64,000 bases of DNA, taken from the NCBI GenBank assembly GCA_035549275.1, contig DASZRH010000030.1:1912-65911 (forward strand), in the 5' to 3' direction. Shown piece after piece: positions 34,537 through 42,957 of the stretch; position 1 is the first letter of the stretch, and the number at the start of each line of letters is the position of its first letter. The stretch comes from Minisyncoccota bacterium (GTDB taxonomy: Bacteria > Patescibacteriota > Minisyncoccia > 2-02-FULL-40-12 > GWA2-44-9). Under the pieces are notes generated by a model that saw only the letters and a list, made by a program, of their open reading frames with translations, was not told where the DNA came from and did not search any database. The position numbers and the translations under genes are program-made.

Positions 34537-36502
34537 ATGACAGAACTTCTTCATAGTCATCGCTCGGGTCCAGCAGCTGATAGTCAAGCAAATCTTGCGG
34601 CATTTCGGACAGAAAACGTGACGGCAGATTGACTTCGGTGCTACCGAAGATGTTGCGGTACTTGGCGTGGGTCAGAACGAGACGTTCTTTAGCCCGAGTA
34701 ATGCCAACATAGCAGAGGCGGCGCTCTTCTTCCATTTCGTGAGGATTGTAGATCGTCCGGCTGTGCGGGAACAGCCCTTCTTCCATGCCGACGATAAAGA
34801 CCATCGGAAATTCGAGTCCCTTCGACGAGTGCATGGTCATGAGGTTTACCCGCGCGACATTGTCTTTGCCGCGATCGGCGTCCTGCAGGAGCGCGATTTC
34901 TTCCAGAAATCGCGCTCGGCCTTCATCCGGATCGAGATTATCATAGCCCCGCGCTACGGTCATCAATTCGCGAATGTTCTCCATCCGCTCCTCAACATTC
35001 TCGTAATTGCCGCTTTTGGCCAAACTTAAGGTGCGCAAGTAGTCCTCATAGCGGATTGATTCAACGATATATTCGATGACTTTTGTGACCGGCCGTTCGG
35101 CTGCAACTGCTCGGAGGTCGGCTAAAAGCTCGGCGAATTTTTTCAAAGCTGCTCCCTTTTTGTTGTCTGTTGCCGCCAATTCTGCCAGGCCTTCGGTGAG
35201 GTCTTTTGTGCCGGCGGCGATAATTTTGTTGTATGTGGCTTCGCCGATGCCGCGAGCCGGCGTGTTGTAGATGCGTTCGAACGCCAAAATATCGGTCGGA
35301 TTATGGATAAATTTCAGATAACTTAGAATGTCTTTGATTTCTTTGCGATCGTAGAATTTTAGGCCGCCGACAATCTGGTATGGCAGGTGCTTCACGATGA
35401 GCGCCTCTTCGATGGCTCGGGACTGGGCGTGTGTGCGGTAGAGAATCGTGAAGTCATTCAATTTGTATCCCTGGCGGAGATATTTTACGATCTGCCCGAC
35501 GACGAAATTAGCTTCGGCCCGCTCGTTGAGCGTTTCTTTGACTACGATTCGCTCCCCCGCTCCGTTCTCGGTCCAGAGCGTCTTGGGAATTTGGTTTTTG
35601 TTGTTGGAGATAATATGCTGGGCCGCAGCGAGAATCGTCTGGGTCGAGCGGTAGTTTTGTTCCAGCAGAATAACTTGGGCGTCGGCGTAATCTTTTTGGA
35701 AATTCAGAATGTTTCGAATATCAGCTTCGCGGAATGCATAGATGGACTGGGCATCGTCGCCGATCACGAAGAGGTTTCGGTGCTTTTGGGCCAGCAGCTG
35801 AACGAACTGGTACTGGTCGTGGCTGGTGTCTTGGTATTCATCAACGAGAATATATTTCCAAAACTCGTGGTACTTGGCGAGAATGTTCGGATGATCTTTG
35901 AAAATTTTGACCGTCAAGACGATCAGGTCGTCAAAATCGAGCGAGTTCATATTTTTGAGCTGAGTTTGATATTGTTGGTAGAGCTTGGCGACCAGCTTCT
36001 CGATGTATTCATGAGGCCGATAGCTGTCGGGCCAGATGAGATCGGTCTTGAGTTTCGAAATTTTGTTGAGCATAGTCCGCGGGTTGTAGCGCTTGGGATC
36101 GATTTCCAGTTCACCCATGATGCGCTTCATGAGTGCAAGCTGATCATCACTGCCGAGGATCGAAAACTGGTTGCTGTAGCCCAGAACGCCGATTTCACGG
36201 CGCAGAATCCGAAGGCCCAATGAATGAAAGGTGCTGATTGCCGGCAATTCTTGTGATTTCTTTTTGGCTGTGCCCAGGAGCGTGCCAATGCGTTCTTTCA
36301 TTTCGTTGGCGGCCTTGTTGGTAAAAGTGATGGCGAGAATGCTGGCCGGCGGGATGCCGGAAGCGATCAGATATGCGACTCGATGTGTGAGGCAGCGTGT
36401 TTTGCCGGAACCGGGTCCGGAGATAACCAAAACCGGGCCGTCGAGCGTTTTGACGGCTTCAATTTGCTTATCATTCAACCCTCTCAAGATCGCGTCCTTC
36501 AT
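34529..36502 (-). CDS. UvrD/PcrA-family ATP-dependent DNA helicase
   Basis: SF1 motifs: Walker A SGPGSGKTRCLTHR; motif II LVDEYQDTS; motif VI-like VGITRAKERL; 657 aa. Confidence 0.9.
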   Translation of the reverse strand: MKDAILRGLNDKQIEAVKTLDGPVLVISGPGSGKTRCLTHRVAYLIASGIPPASILAITFTNKAANEMKERIGTLLGTAKKKSQELPAISTFHSLGLRILRREIGVLGYSNQFSILGSDDQLALMKRIMGELEIDPKRYNPRTMLNKISKLKTDLIWPDSYRPHEYIEKLVAKLYQQYQTQLKNMNSLDFDDLIVLTVKIFKDHPNILAKYHEFWKYILVDEYQDTSHDQYQFVQLLAQKHRNLFVIGDDAQSIYAFREADIRNILNFQKDYADAQVILLEQNYRSTQTILAAAQHIISNNKNQIPKTLWTENGAGERIVVKETLNERAEANFVVGQIVKYLRQGYKLNDFTILYRTHAQSRAIEEALIVKHLPYQIVGGLKFYDRKEIKDILSYLKFIHNPTDILAFERIYNTPARGIGEATYNKIIAAGTKDLTEGLAELAATDNKKGAALKKFAELLADLRAVAAERPVTKVIEYIVESIRYEDYLRTLSLAKSGNYENVEERMENIRELMTVARGYDNLDPDEGRARFLEEIALLQDADRGKDNVARVNLMTMHSSKGLEFPMVFIVGMEEGLFPHSRTIYNPHEMEEERRLCYVGITRAKERLVLTHAKYRNIFGSTEVNLPSRFLSEMPQDLLDYQLLDPSDDYEEVLSYD

Positions 36503-36582
36503 GCGTCCATATTCTACCGCATTTCTTGAAAAATGTGGACTACATCCGTGCGAATTGGAACCAAGTGATGCGGGAAATTAAA

Positions 36583-36825
36583 CTAATTGGTTCCGCTTAC
36601 GCCGAACAATACTTTTAACTTGTTTCTGTTCTTTTTCTTTATTTCAAACCCCAAATTAGTCGATAAAATAAAAACCGTCTTAAAAACCCAGAAACGAAGA
36701 TAATAACCACTTATGATTTTAGGTTTAACAAACTTGGGAGTTCGGTATTCATTATCTCCATTTTCTATTTCGGTCGATAAAAAAGTGTCGTTACCGAAAC
36801 CTATCTCTGCAAATACTTTTTTCAT
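36583..36825 (-). CDS. hypothetical small protein in AT-rich tRNA-adjacent spacer (doubtful)
   Basis: 80-aa ORF in low-GC sequence next to tRNA genes; no motif; may be non-coding. Confidence 0.2.
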   Translation of the reverse strand: MKKVFAEIGFGNDTFLSTEIENGDNEYRTPKFVKPKIISGYYLRFWVFKTVFILSTNLGFEIKKKNRNKLKVLFGVSGTN

Positions 36826-36848
36826 AATGGTTCTAATACAAACAAATT

Positions 36849-36922
36849 TGGTGGACCTGGCGAGAATCGAACTCGCGCCTCCGCAATGCGAATGCGGCGT
36901 TGTACCACTTAACTACAGGCCC
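36849..36922 (-). tRNA. tRNA-Ala (anticodon CGC), CCA encoded
   Basis: Reverse complement: gggcctg-ta-gtt-aagtggtac-aac-g-ccgca-ttcgcat-tgcgg-aggc-gcgag-ttcgatt-ctcgc-caggtcc-a-cca. Confidence 0.75.
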
Positions 36923-36935
36923 CTGACATATACTG

Positions 36936-37006
36936 TCGGGCTGCCGAGAATCGAACTCGGTCTTCACGAACCCGAATCGTGCGTACTACCGGCATACTCC
37001 AGCCCG
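36936..37006 (-). tRNA. tRNA-Pro (anticodon CGG)
   Basis: Reverse complement: cgggctg-ga-gtat-gccggta-gtac-g-cacga-ttcgggt-tcgtg-aaga-ccgag-ttcgatt-ctcgg-cagcccg-a; position 8 is not U. Confidence 0.75.
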
Positions 37007-37049
37007 AATATCCGCTCTATAATACCAAATTTTAAGATTTTGACCAGGG

Positions 37050-37487
37050 TTAGCGGTGGCCCGTGCTGCCGAACCCGCCGCGCGTTTTGGCTTTCATTTT
37101 GGAAGTTTCTCGCCACGTCGCGCGGGAGAATTTCAGGAGAATTCCCTGTGCTACGCGCGTCCCCTTTTCAACAGTTACTGTCTTTCGGGTAAAATTGTGC
37201 GCCAGGAACTTGTACTCATCTTCATCCCCGGCATAGTCGGTATCAATAATGCCAACTCCGTTTACGGGTAAAAGGCCGAGCTTGTGCAGCGAACTGCGGG
37301 CCGCCAGCAGCACAAAATAACCCTTAGGAACGGCAATGGCCACATTCAGCGGAATCAACGCGGTTACGCCAGGCTTGAGGGTTACTGTTTCCCGCGCCGC
37401 AAGATCGAAACCGGCTGCGCCGGCGGTTTTGTATTCCGGGAGTGGAAGCGATGGGTCAAACCGTTTAATCTTGATCTGTTTCAACAT
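37050..37487 (-). CDS. dut: dUTP diphosphatase
   Basis: Trimeric dUTPase motifs AGFDL, GIIDTDYAGD and RGGFGSTG; start set at MLKQIKIKR (37487). The track ORF extends further into cca. Confidence 0.85.
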   Translation of the reverse strand: MLKQIKIKRFDPSLPLPEYKTAGAAGFDLAARETVTLKPGVTALIPLNVAIAVPKGYFVLLAARSSLHKLGLLPVNGVGIIDTDYAGDEDEYKFLAHNFTRKTVTVEKGTRVAQGILLKFSRATWRETSKMKAKTRGGFGSTGHR

Positions 37488-38913
37488 GGTATTTTTCGGC
37501 AATGGCTTCGTCTTCAGCTTGCTGGGCGCGGTGTATCTTTTCCAGGGCCGCGGTAAGTTCTGCGGGCGTGCTCTTGTCCAGTTCGTGAATGCGGCCGACG
37601 AGATGGTCGCGCTCATTCAGGGCTGGGTTCTCAAGCACTTCAGCCAAAAGCATATTCAGAACGAGCCCGACTTTCGGGCCTGGGCCGCCAGAAAGTTCAT
37701 TCATGACGTCATGCCCATTCACCTTGAGCATTTTAACCGAGATGGGGTCCTTGGAAACTTTCTCTATCATGTATTTGAGGTGGCGCAATTTGTATGGGAC
37801 GGCTTTCGGCCGGCCTGATCCGATTCGGTCGGCCTCTCGGAGCTTCAGGAGATCTTCGACGTTTTCGGTGCCGACATTGGCGACCAGGCGGCGGACGGAA
37901 GATTCGGTGACCTCGCCGACGTTATAGAAAAACATGTGGTAGCGGACGAGCTTCACCAGGCGATCAGCTAGATCGTTGGGAAGCTTCAAGCGTTCGGCGA
38001 TGCTGGCAACCATGCGGGCGCCGATGACTTCGTGGCCATAGAATGTGGCGTGAGTGCCTTCGCCGCGCTTGGAGCGGGGCTTGCCGATGTCGTGAAAGAG
38101 CGCCGCTAGGCGGACGGCAGTCGAATAGCCCTGGTCGGCGGCGTATTTCAGCGCCAGCGCGTTATGTTCCCAGACGGTATAGATATGGTGGAGATTTTGG
38201 GTGACCCCGATCCCCTCGCGCAGTTCGGGCAGGATATACTTCAGAAGGCCGAGTTCTTCCAAAAGCAGAATGCCGTGATACGCGCACGGCGATTCGATGA
38301 TTTTGAGGAATTCATCGCGAATTCGTTCTTTCGAAATCGCTTCCAGCCACGCGGCGCTGGCGACGATCGCCGCGCGCGTCGGCTTATCAAGGGCAAAATC
38401 CAGAACCGTAGCGAAGCGCGCAGCGCGCAACAGGCGCAAGGCATCTTCGGAAAAACGCTTATTCGGATCGCCGACCGTCCGCAGGACTTTGTTATTGATA
38501 TCTTCTCGGCCGCCGAAGTTATCAATAACAGTCCTGTCGGCGGCCATTGCTATGGCGTTGACGGTGAAATCGCGGCGCGACAAATCTTCGCTCAAGGTCT
38601 TGGCGAATCGAATCTCATCCGGATGGCGCTTGTCGGTGTACTTCCCTTCAATGCGGTAGGGCGTTACCTCGATGATGGCCAGGGCCGGGTCTTCGGAACT
38701 AGTTTTGATGCCGACAGTGCCGAAATTATTCTCGTAGATGTGTTCGGGAAATAATTTCTGAATTTCTTCGGGTGCAGCGTTGGTGGTAATGTCCCAATCT
38801 TTCGGTGGCAGGCCGCGCAAGAGGTCCCTGACGCAGCCGCCGACTGCATACGCTTCAAAACCGCCCATGCGGAGGGTTTCTAGAACTGTCAGAACTTCAG
38901 ATGGTAGTGTCAT
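37465..38913 (-). CDS. cca: CCA-adding enzyme / tRNA nucleotidyltransferase with HD domain
   Basis: Pol-beta-like head GGCVRDLLRG...DWD; HD domain (HDIGK). It overlaps dut by 23 nt. Confidence 0.85.
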   Translation of the reverse strand: MTLPSEVLTVLETLRMGGFEAYAVGGCVRDLLRGLPPKDWDITTNAAPEEIQKLFPEHIYENNFGTVGIKTSSEDPALAIIEVTPYRIEGKYTDKRHPDEIRFAKTLSEDLSRRDFTVNAIAMAADRTVIDNFGGREDINNKVLRTVGDPNKRFSEDALRLLRAARFATVLDFALDKPTRAAIVASAAWLEAISKERIRDEFLKIIESPCAYHGILLLEELGLLKYILPELREGIGVTQNLHHIYTVWEHNALALKYAADQGYSTAVRLAALFHDIGKPRSKRGEGTHATFYGHEVIGARMVASIAERLKLPNDLADRLVKLVRYHMFFYNVGEVTESSVRRLVANVGTENVEDLLKLREADRIGSGRPKAVPYKLRHLKYMIEKVSKDPISVKMLKVNGHDVMNELSGGPGPKVGLVLNMLLAEVLENPALNERDHLVGRIHELDKSTPAELTAALEKIHRAQQAEDEAIAEKYHVETDQD

Positions 38914-38924
38914 GGCAAAATATG

Positions 38925-38996
38925 TGCCCTCGGTACGAATTGAACGTACATCAAGCCCTTAGGACGGGCCCGTTCTATCCTTTGAACTACGAGGGC
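38925..38996 (-). tRNA. tRNA-Arg (anticodon CCU)
   Basis: Reverse complement: gccctcg-ta-gttc-aaaggata-gaac-g-ggccc-gtcctaa-gggct-tgat-gtacg-ttcaatt-cgtac-cgagggc-a. Confidence 0.8.
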
Positions 38997-39057
38997 AAGG
39001 ATGCGGGTTTCATCTTGCGAGGATATCATTTTTATGGTATTTTTTCAATTGCATTTA

Positions 39058-39133
39058 GGGCCGCTAGCTCATCTGGTAGAGCGCTTCCATGGCATGGAAG
39101 AGGTGACCGGTTCGATTCCGGTGCGGTCCACCA
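39058..39133 (+). tRNA. tRNA-Ala (anticodon GGC), CCA encoded
   Basis: gggccgc-ta-gctc-atctggta-gagc-g-cttcc-atggcat-ggaag-aggtg-accgg-ttcgatt-ccggt-gcggtcc-a-cca. Confidence 0.85.
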
Positions 39134-39177
39134 AATTTGATTTGACGAAGAACGCAATCCGCGCGCGTGGAAGAATA

Positions 39178-39214
39178 AAAAATAAGACATCTTTTGTTTA
39201 AGATGTCTTATTTT
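39178..39214. terminator. AT-rich bidirectional terminator hairpin
   Basis: aaaataagacatctt-ttgttt-aagatgtcttatttt; overlaps the stop codon of the minus-strand 77-aa ORF. Confidence 0.6.
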
Positions 39215-39441
39215 ACGTTGCTTTGCATAACTTTCACGCGTCTAATACTTGTTATCTTGCTATTCGGAATATCTAGATAATCCGTAACATGATCTTCTGT
39301 CGCATTGAAAGCAACCCGTATAGATTCGGGCATCTCTCGTATTAATACACCCGTACAGATATATTCTCTATCTTGCTTGCCGGTAAACGAGACCTCTATA
39401 TATATATTCGATACGTTTTTTTCTGGATAAAATTTCTTCAT
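39208..39441 (-). CDS. hypothetical protein (low-GC island, gene 2 of overlapping pair)
   Basis: 77 aa; ATGA start/stop overlap with the upstream 163-aa ORF; GC content about 20 points below the flanks; no motif recognised. Confidence 0.4.
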   Translation of the reverse strand: MKKFYPEKNVSNIYIEVSFTGKQDREYICTGVLIREMPESIRVAFNATEDHVTDYLDIPNSKITSIRRVKVMQSNVK

Positions 39442-39929
39442 TGCATCTTCTTTATTATCTTGATGACTGAGATTGGTATGACATAAAATGTCGGTCGTTT
39501 TTTTGGGTGCTCAATTCTTGAATTTCGATATCTCTTGGTTGTTGTAGGATTAGAAACTATCAAGCGCTGCGAGTCCACATCTTCAAGCACGCCGACAGTT
39601 TTTATCAAAGAACATTTCCTGCGCTTCGAATACGAGACGAGCGTTACGTCCTCCCATTTTACCAAAATCTTATCGCCTTGTTTTGCGTCACACTCTAACG
39701 AAGTTTTTTTTTGCTTCTTGTTTCCCTTGTGTATCAAACTTGGTGGTATGAGCAGACCACGAACAATTCCGTCGAATCTTGGTCTTATTTGTCTTACAAA
39801 TTCAACGCGTACAGACTGTTCGTCTTTTGAGACATATCCGCAGGCTTCATGTATTCGAAATATGCTCGTACTGTATGTGGGCGTATAGAGATAATATGAA
39901 TCTATGTATTTTATGATTTTTGCAATCAT
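39438..39929 (-). CDS. hypothetical protein (low-GC island, gene 1 of overlapping pair)
   Basis: 163 aa, basic (K/R-rich); no motif recognised; low GC. Confidence 0.45.
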   Translation of the reverse strand: MIAKIIKYIDSYYLYTPTYSTSIFRIHEACGYVSKDEQSVRVEFVRQIRPRFDGIVRGLLIPPSLIHKGNKKQKKTSLECDAKQGDKILVKWEDVTLVSYSKRRKCSLIKTVGVLEDVDSQRLIVSNPTTTKRYRNSRIEHPKKRPTFYVIPISVIKIIKKMQ

Positions 39930-39999
39930 GAGTTAATTCTAGCAAATTAAGAAGGGGTGGACACAAAAGAGATGCCCACCCACAAAAAGAGTTTCCGAT

Positions 40000-40212
40000 C
40001 TATTTCTTCCCGAAGATAGATGACCAGAAACTCTCCGCTCGCGATCCAGACTCATCTGTCTTGCTGAATCTTTCTGAGTTCTTAGAAGAGTTTCCTCTCT
40101 CAAAAACCCCAGCTTTCTCGGCGTCATCTCGAGCAGCATGTTCCGCCCGGGCGACGTCTTTCAGCGAATCTCCGCTGTGTTTGGACGTGTCACGATCTGT
40201 CCATTTACCCAC
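40000..40212 (-). CDS. small hydrophilic hypothetical protein (possible stress-protein-like)
   Basis: A GTG start at 40210-40212 is preceded by a strong RBS AAAGGAGG at 7-nt spacing. 70 aa: GKWTDRDTSKHSGDSLKDVARAEHAARDDAEKAG... The track ORF extends to 40284 but lacks an RBS. Confidence 0.35.
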   Translation of the reverse strand: MGKWTDRDTSKHSGDSLKDVARAEHAARDDAEKAGVFERGNSSKNSERFSKTDESGSRAESFWSSIFGKK

Positions 40213-40377
40213 CCTTCTCACCTCCTTTTGGGTCGGTTTAAGGTACGCACCAAAACAGAACCATTCTGCTTTGTCTGTGTACAATATTGCCTACCACCTA
40301 CTCTTCTGTCAATACTTTCAGGGTGGAGTACTATTTGACTATGGATTTTAACGTCATTCATCAGTCTCCACTACCCA

Positions 40378-41751
40378 TTGCGTTCGATGCAAAATTTTGA
40401 TATCGTATACAACTGCCCTTTCAAAATGGCACACACTATGCATACCAACACTATGAACACGCATGATATCCTTCAGCAGTATCGTCAGAAAATCGATCCA
40501 TCGGTAAAAACCGATTTTAAAGATCCGGTTATTCTTGCTCTTGCCCGAACCATTGCCGACGAGCTTGTTCGCGCGGCGGCGGACTTCCAGGAACTGGTTG
40601 CGCTTGAGAAACAGACCACGGCTTCGGAGGTAAAGCGCACGCTTCCCAATTTACTGCATTTGGCCGTAAAGCTTGCTCGCTCTCGTGCAGCCATACTTGG
40701 ATCACGGCCCTTCCTTGCTTCGATTATCCTTCCCGCCTATGGAGAGAATATCCGCATGAAAGAACGCGGTACCGGCCCGGATCGGCACCCCAACGGTGAG
40801 AATTTCATCATTGAGAAAAGCAAGCAGCTCGAATGGCTGTTTGCGGGTTCGCCGAGCACGTATGAAGTGACGATCGTAGATGATATGTCCAAGCCTGACC
40901 CCGAGACAAGCGGCCATGCTGCCGCTGCAGTGATCACCGGCAACAGTATTCCTAATTTCCGTGTTCTATTTTTGGAAGACGGCGTCCGGAACGAAAAAGG
41001 GGGCGATACGATTGTTGCCCGGGCCTTAGTCGGCGTTGAGCATCCCAAAAACACCAAGAAGGCTGGCGCGGTCTACTACGGTATCGCCAAGGCCATCGAG
41101 AAACACGGCATAGCCGATTTCCATGTGATTGTCTTGACCGATTGCGATCTCTCGGTCGATATCGGCCAGCTCGGAAATTTGGCCAATCCAATTCTGAACG
41201 CTGCTGCCATGGCGGCAGCCGGCTCACGCCGGCTGCCTGAATCCATACTGGAGATTGAAGCGGCTCGGAATCTCCGCGCTAACACGGCCCGATATTTCCG
41301 CGAGCTCTTGCTGAAAGGTTTGCTGCCCAAGGATACCCAGTGCGGCGCCAAAGCATTTGCGGCCGCGGCGCTCAGCGAAGTCATCTCTTCTGGCATGCAG
41401 ATTCTTGATTTCTCTTTCGACATCGAGCTGTTGACCAAGATTGCACTTCGGTACTCCCCTAACAAAGCGGTGCCCGTAGCGGTCGCGTGGTTCGACAGCG
41501 CCGAGCTGACGACCACGGATTCATCGGTTCACTTCAACATCATGAAGGCCCAGCTGGCGATTGCCAAAAGCAACCAGACTGGCTCCGGACCTGTATTCGA
41601 TGAGGCTGTGGCGGTATCGGAACACCTTACGTCCGATGAAGGTGTCTGGCTCAAACTCTTGGAAAACCTGAAAGACCAACCGGCGATCGTTGAAAAGGTT
41701 CAGTCCTTTGATCCGGCCATCTTGCCAACATTAAAGAAACTGTCGGTATAG
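40378..41751 (+). CDS. family 2 glycosyltransferase (GT-A fold) with N-terminal extension
   Basis: SIILPAYGEN (matches the GT2 IPAYNE-type motif); VTIVDDMSKPD; DxD-like TDCD; TQCGAKAF (GT2 Q-x-G-x-K-x-F motif). Confidence 0.6.
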   Translation: MRSMQNFDIVYNCPFKMAHTMHTNTMNTHDILQQYRQKIDPSVKTDFKDPVILALARTIADELVRAAADFQELVALEKQTTASEVKRTLPNLLHLAVKLARSRAAILGSRPFLASIILPAYGENIRMKERGTGPDRHPNGENFIIEKSKQLEWLFAGSPSTYEVTIVDDMSKPDPETSGHAAAAVITGNSIPNFRVLFLEDGVRNEKGGDTIVARALVGVEHPKNTKKAGAVYYGIAKAIEKHGIADFHVIVLTDCDLSVDIGQLGNLANPILNAAAMAAAGSRRLPESILEIEAARNLRANTARYFRELLLKGLLPKDTQCGAKAFAAAALSEVISSGMQILDFSFDIELLTKIALRYSPNKAVPVAVAWFDSAELTTTDSSVHFNIMKAQLAIAKSNQTGSGPVFDEAVAVSEHLTSDEGVWLKLLENLKDQPAIVEKVQSFDPAILPTLKKLSV

Positions 41752-41761
41752 CATAGCAACG

Positions 41762-41790
41762 AATCCGGCCCCTTCGGGGCCGGATTTTTT
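41762..41790 (+). terminator. rho-independent terminator
   Basis: aatccggcccc-ttcg-gggccggatt followed by tttttt. Confidence 0.75.
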
Positions 41791-41796
41791 ACACTC

Positions 41797-42291
41797 TTGA
41801 CCAATTTATATTTTTTGATTATAATTGCAACAGTCGCGGTTTTTGTTCTTTTAGTACGCGACGGGAAGGGAGCCATGTTAGCGACTGCCCAACAGAAGAC
41901 GACGGAATCCCGGGACACGTTCAAAAGCGTCGTTTTGTGGATCCGCCGCGTTGTGGCCGGCGAGGAATTGCCGGTCCCGGCGGAAGTGGCTGCCGTCGTG
42001 CGGTTAGCCGAACGTTCGAGCAAGGTCCTGTATTGGATCTTTGCGACGGCGAGAAACACGGCGCCTGCTACGCGGAAGGCCATGATCGCGGAGGGCGATC
42101 AGCTCCGGAAAAACGCGCTGGATGTTCTGGCGCGTGTCCGCGGACCGGTCAGCGAGCTTCGCGAGCTGACCGAGAGTTCCTTCCCTCCCCGCGGCATCGT
42201 CGCCGCGAGCGAGGACTTGCATCGAGCTGTCAGCCAGCTTGAGGCCAGTCTCGAAAAGGCCGATCAAGATCGGAGGCATCTGATCGGTTAG
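41797..42291 (+). CDS. hypothetical protein with N-terminal TM helix (high GC)
   Basis: 164 aa; N-terminal hydrophobic helix; GC higher than the adjacent island; followed by a very strong terminator. Confidence 0.45.
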   Translation: MTNLYFLIIIATVAVFVLLVRDGKGAMLATAQQKTTESRDTFKSVVLWIRRVVAGEELPVPAEVAAVVRLAERSSKVLYWIFATARNTAPATRKAMIAEGDQLRKNALDVLARVRGPVSELRELTESSFPPRGIVAASEDLHRAVSQLEASLEKADQDRRHLIG

Positions 42292-42325
42292 GAGGCGCTA
42301 TGTGTAGCGGCCAAGCGACAACGCC

Positions 42326-42372
42326 GGTGAGCGTGACCAGGATGGTCACCGCTCACCGGCGTGTTTTGTTTA
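42326..42372. terminator. strong bidirectional terminator (nested hairpin)
   Basis: cgccggtgagcg-tgacc-aggat-ggtca-cgctcaccggcg followed by tgttttgttt. Confidence 0.75.
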
Positions 42373-42957
42373 GAGCATCCCCAACTCGTGCAGCGCGGCT
42401 TCAAAATAGCGGATTGCTTTGACCGCTTCCGCATGCCGGAGGAAATAGTTTACTTCGTGGGCCAGCCGGTTTCGGACTTTGTGAGCCTCCCAAAGGCTGT
42501 CAATCGAAAGCAGCTGTGTTTTATCAATATTCATCAGGCGTTCCCCCATCGTCTCGCCGGCAAACGAATTTTTCAAAATGTCGTCCACTAATTTGTCGGC
42601 TTCGATAACCGCCACTTTCCATTCGCTTTCATTGGTGGAATCGAGGTGGTTCAGAATTTCCTGCCAGCGGTCGTGCATCACCGTGGCCGGAGAGGCTGAC
42701 GGCGGCGTTTCGATTGCCGCGGCCAGCGTGCGCTTTAATTCGTGCGCTTTCCGCGACGTCCGGACAATGGCAAATAGAAGTACGATGCAGATCGGAACCA
42801 ACATGAATTCAAGCAAATGGATGAATGAAGATCGTAGAATATAGTCATTGCCGGATTCGGTAATAGCAGCCAGGTCATAGGAGCCGAATTTCAAAGATGT
42901 CGCCTCATAGACGGCGGTTAGGATTGTAACGACAAAATTGTTTAACAGTTGGCTCAT
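42370..42957 (-). CDS. hypothetical membrane-associated protein (last gene of gatCA operon)
   Basis: 195 aa with two hydrophobic helices; 4-nt overlap with the gatA stop. Confidence 0.45.
   Translation of the reverse strand: MSQLLNNFVVTILTAVYEATSLKFGSYDLAAITESGNDYILRSSFIHLLEFMLVPICIVLLFAIVRTSRKAHELKRTLAAAIETPPSASPATVMHDRWQEILNHLDSTNESEWKVAVIEADKLVDDILKNSFAGETMGERLMNIDKTQLLSIDSLWEAHKVRNRLAHEVNYFLRHAEAVKAIRYFEAALHELGML

Noticed and set aside
35387-36223. 278-aa plus-strand ORF
   Set aside because: It is entirely antisense to the well-supported UvrD/PcrA helicase gene and has no motifs.
37284-37818. 90-aa and 160-aa plus-strand ORFs
   Set aside because: They are antisense to the overlapping dut and cca genes.
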